A DNA stretch of 64,000 nt from the NCBI GenBank assembly GCA_051294905.1, contig CM119378.1, forward strand, positions 3,784,001-3,848,000. The letters run 5' to 3'. Source of the stretch: Botryllus schlosseri (lineage: Eukaryota). This document shows positions 59,401 to 64,000 of this stretch, one piece after another (the first letter of the stretch is position 1; each line of letters begins with the position of its first letter). Position numbers and translations under genes: made by a program. Below the pieces are notes generated by a model, which saw nothing but the letters and a program-made list of their open reading frames with translations, was not told where the DNA came from and did no database searches.

Positions 59401-61030
59401 ACGATGACTCGAGTACGAGTCGAGTCAATGAACAAATTGACGCGTGTACGTATTTGAAAAAATGACTCGCGTCTAGGCTCTGTACCGTTCAGTTTGATAG
59501 TTATGCAGGACGTGATGATGTTCTTTTTATGGATTACATTGCCTCCGACATGGCTGAGATGTCAGGTCTGAAAGCATAATATGACGTCTTGTGGTTACAG
59601 ATGATATTTATCGACCGGAGACGGAAGGGGAGGAAGAGCCGGACTGGGTCGAAGTCGAACGAGAACAATTCCAGAAATATCGGGACGAGGACCAAGACGG
59701 CAAGTAAGTCGATCCGTTCTGCGTAAAAATTTTTCGCGATATCAAATGTCGGGATCTATTTCAGACTGAATAGAGAGGAGGTCGGAAAATGGATTCTGCC
59801 GGAAGACTACAATCACGCCCTCGCCGAGTCTCAACATCTCGTTCACGAGAGCGATGATAATAAGGTACGTGCGGAAATAGACATAGTAGATGATGTAGGT
59901 ACTCGAGTGGAAGTAACACCGTGAATTCAGTCGATAACGAGTAGAAGTAAGAATTTGCAAGCTATGTCAAAAGTACGTTGAGTGGAAGTAGAAAGTGAAA
60001 CCTCTAAGTAATTTCAACAAGCAGATTTAGTCGAGGGTCTGCATGCTATTAGCTGTTGATCAAAGATGGTTACTTTTAGAATCGTACGATGTATCTGGGC
60101 GACTCGCACAAAATCATTAACGGTACTACAAATACAGTCAGTCACAGAGTGATGCTGGGGCTATTTTGGGCGGTTTTATCTTTGTGGCTAACGCGAAATG
60201 ACTGACAACACTGCAAATAGGTGTTGTCTTTAGAAATATATTCATTTACCGTGATGCTGCCAGGGGTTAATTTGACTGGTTTTAGGATGCTTCATCTGGT
60301 GAAATTATACAAACTTATCCCGAAACTGCTATGTTTCAAGAACGCGATGCGTCAAATCGAAGTTGTTTTTGCCCACAAAACTGGTCAAGTACCTGGGCTG
60401 TAACCAAGTCACTAGGTCCCAAGTCACCACAAGTCAATCTAACTTTTATAGTTGTGACTCGATTCAATTCCGAGTCCAAGTCACGGAGTAGAGTGTCGAG
60501 TCCGAGTCATAGTGTTTGACTCGAATCCGAGTCCAAGTCATTGTGGGGACTGTTCAGTTCCGAGATACTGTCATGTAAAATCCACTTTTTATAACTCTGC
60601 TCAGCGGTATCGAATGCTTTGCATTCATAAGACACTAATATTCCTCACTTTTAACAGTTTCTGGTAGCATTTTCAAGTACCAGTACTGATATACCAATTA
60701 ATTACAGTGTGATAACTTTACTATTCTTCAAAATTGCAATGAAATGGCTGTCAATGAAAATGTGATAAAAACCAAGCCACTTGAGTGTGTGACTGGATCA
60801 TGGGGAAACCTGCTTGAGTACTTCGAAAATGTGAAAATACATCATTACTGACCACCTCTGGTCTCGGGTTGCAAAATGTTTTCGACTCAACAGTGTCAAT
60901 CTCGTAACGTGTGCCTTTTTCGCAGGACGGGCATATCTCGAAGGAAGAGATGTTGGAGCACCAGGAGGTTTTCGTCGGCTCGCAAGCTACGGAGTGGGGC
61001 GACATGATCAACAGACACGACGAATTTTAA
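56456..61030 (+). CDS. CALU: Calumenin/reticulocalbin (CREC family) paralog 2, ~311 aa. Exons 56456-56655, 57781-57974, 58032-58105, 58521-58680, 59601-59703, 59765-59864, 60926-61030
   Basis: Same exon phases as paralog 1, with four exons of identical length (194, 160, 100, 105). YDHDAFVG, YLHPEEF, EPDWVEVEREQF, FVGSQATEWG and C-terminal HDEF. Confidence 0.93.
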
Positions 61031-62382
61031 GGCCAAGAGCGGAATGATGCCACGATGGGTTGCAAATAGGTTGCAGTAGAATGTCGTAGCGTTTTTTTTA
61101 AAAGTTTTTTAAAAGATATTTAATGAAATTGGTTGCAGTACCGTTCTGGTAGTTAGATACGCTGTCATGCGACGATCATGAAGCTGTTTTGTCTTGTCCA
61201 AGTGTTCTGTCGTACGTCCTTACCTGTCTTCCGTATATTCATATTCAGCATTTCATATCATATTACACGCAGCATCAGTAAATAAGTTTTCGTCCGGTTG
61301 CCAAAGCCTGGTATTATATGTTACATTTGAGTGCAGGACCAAACTAGCGTCGAGCAAAGTCAATAGGTAGCAATTTTACATGTTAGTCCAATTGTTTATT
61401 TTATCTCGATGATATCATGCGACCTACAAACGGAATATCAGAACTCTTTATCCAGTTTTCATCAATCATTTTGCACGTATTCTGCATTTCTCTATCCTGA
61501 AATACACTATTTAGTCCTGATGCGTAGTCGACTACACAGCAGTTACACGCGCCAAGGCCTAGTCATTCGATAGCCATATACAAATACAAAGGCCTGTAAT
61601 TTTCGGTTATGCCTGCACTATTCTACGCTGCTTGTGCTGGTAAAATAGTTTGTGGTTGGCGTGATGGCACTAGCAGAGACTAGCCTGTTTGATCGGGATT
61701 TGTTGGGCCAAACGCTATGGGTGAAGCGAATTGGCGGTCATTGGTACTCGCAGTAGCGCAGCTTCCAAGTTATGTCACTTATGTCTACTCGTTGATAGAG
61801 TCAAACGTTTCTCTGCCGTGGTAGGTACGATAGTCTCTTCAACGATACCAGAGAGTTACACCAAGTACTATGCAACTGGATGATCAATGATCATAGCAGG
61901 CTTGGGTTGATTGTGATTAGTGATCGAAATCGCTTATGACGATCACACCATTTTCAAAGACCCGTAACCGATGACGCTTGAATTTGGTCGTTTTGCGTTG
62001 AAACCGATTCCGGAAAGACGCTAACCCAACCTTTTCGTTTTACAACAGCTATCGACATATGGCACAAAACTGTAGTGCGACGTGTCATATTGACAGTAGA
62101 AAATGTAAGATTCGTGGACCTCACTGTGCGTTATATTATGGCATGGTTGGTACCGGGGTTGAGATGACTCGAGTCATATTCTCAAAATACGGAAATGACT
62201 CGACTTGGACTCGAGTCATTGCATGCGCATGACTCGAACCAAGTCGTTTGACTCGGGGCTCTAGACGGCCAAGACCGACATTACCAAGAATATAGTAAAG
62301 TAACCACACTATTGGGATTTCGTCTATTATGGTACTGGGACTTGAGAATGCGCCCAGAAACTGCTAAAAGTGAGGAAAATTA

Positions 62383-63270
62383 GGGGAGATGTGGTACCGA
62401 TGGATCAAAAATTGCAAAATGATCTCCGGCCCTCAAATCTTCAGCCGAGAATAGCGGATCCTTTCCTGTCTCAACACTTTGATACAAGGTGTAACTATCG
62501 CGGACATTAACATGGATATCCTCCTTTTCAAATAATACTTATAAACGTTTAAAATTTGTAGCTCAAACGTATCATCGGTCCCCACCCGATGGGTCCAATG
62601 GCACACGACCACGGGACCTACGACTACGAGAAATACGCTCAAAACTCAAATTTTTCAACTTGTTCTGTGTACTATAAATCTAAGCTACAACGACCAGTGA
62701 AGAATGTTTCGTCGCCACCTACAAGTATAAAATAGAATATACCAACTCAAATTTTGGGATAAAATCACGTTTTGGTTTCCGCCGAAACTTACAAAATTAA
62801 TGTCACATACATATATTACCGGAAAATCGAAATTTTGCCTTTCAAATGCCGCCTAATAGCGATAAAACACCGCCGGTAACTATGAGTTACAGCCTTTATA
62901 TAATGTAGGCGTGTTTCTGTTGTTAGGTGATTAGTTGGTCCAACTATTTTGCTTGATTTGGCTATGGTACCATAGGTCCCCCACCCTATAAATATTGTGA
63001 TTGAATTGAAAATAGTCCACTCGACGATGGTATGGATTCAAAAAATATGTGCCATTATATAGGCCTACCCTGGTACAAGCCCTATAATTCACATTAAAAA
63101 TTATTATGGGTTTGTTAGTTTGGAAGGTGATATAGAAAAATGTATATGTGGATCCAAATTTACTTTGCAACCCCTAAAAGGTAAATCATTTTGTTACAGA
63201 CCCCATAACTCACGCAGGTCGAAGTTTTTTGCATGTAAGGAAAAATTCTGCCAGCATGCCATTGTATAGA
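62383..63270. mobile_element. Second (inverted) copy of the TA|GGGGAGA MITE, interrupted at 63272
   Basis: Reverse complement of ~12010-12898. It follows a GACTCGAGTC-family segment starting ~62154. Confidence 0.85.
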
Positions 63271-63271
63271 C

Positions 63272-64000
63272 CAGTGGTTCCCAACCTTTTTCGACTCATC
63301 GCCCCCTTTTAAAACTTCACAGCGATCATCGCCCCCCAAATATTGGGAACCGAAAAATGGGCATACAGACTGAAATCACCGGCGAGTTGACTAGGAAAAA
63401 AGGTCAACTTTTCGGCTCGACCTCGAAATTACACTTTTACGGCTAAATTTTGGTGAGTTGACTCACAAAAAAGGTGATTTCTCCGACCGACTTGATTCCA
63501 AGAGGACCGTAACAGCACTTCGTCAGTCCCCCCAATACGTTGGTCTTGTCCCCCCCAATTGGGCGATAAAGCAAACCTCTCCACCCCTCAGACCAAACTC
63601 CCCCGATACCTCTTTACCGCTACTTCTCAGCAAAAATTGTTGGCCTTTTCAGGTAATTCACGCTAAGCGCGGAAAATTTCTATCATTCATGATTGAATTG
63701 GTCAGTATGATCAGGAATTGCATATATATTGCTGTCAATTTTTATCCTCTCTCTGCTCATGTAATCAAATTTACCGGCAAAGCTGAGTGAGGTGTCTTGG
63801 AAAATTTAGGGCCCGTAAATAATAATTGAACATATTCGGACGGACCCGTGGGTATACTGACTTCGTTACGTAATGGCATTTCGTGGCCTGTCTGCTATGT
63901 CAAAATAAGATATTCAAATCGCCCATACGTACTGAACTAAAAGACGTACACGATTTCAAACTGGTATTTCTGCACTGGCAATTAATTTTTCTCTGCGAGA
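63272..64000. mobile_element. Charlie-like hAT MITE with nested Tip100-like element, running off the window end
   Basis: CAGTGGTTCCCAACC start after GTATAGAC; from ~63504 the sequence is homologous to 1063-1740. Confidence 0.85.

Overview
Eukaryotic (invertebrate animal) genomic DNA, AT-rich and dense in transposons. The compact gene spacing and ~60-bp minimal introns would fit an ascidian/tunicate, but this is not provable from the window. Five protein-coding genes could be built by hand from GT-AG splice sites: the 3' part of a divergent TGF-beta-family ligand (+, 2202-13207), UTP20 (-, 38508-26099, with one 6.8-kb coding exon), an intronless NDUFAF4 (-, 40100-39441), and two tandem calumenin/CREC genes ending in HDEF (+, 51545-55858 and 56456-61030). 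Most other sequence is nested non-autonomous DNA transposons (several hAT families with exact 8-bp TSDs, including a Tol2-like one; a Chapaev3 with transposase relics; TA-flanked MITEs), CR1/L2 and RTE LINE tails, and two tRNA-derived SINE families. The most unusual signal is an excess of TAGGCCTA/TAGGCTA/TAGCCTA words. Paired repeat copies show these are small insertions at TA sites, which points to transposon excision footprints, and a TA|GG...CC|TA element in the window is a candidate source. All alignments and counts were made by eye; no database searches were run.
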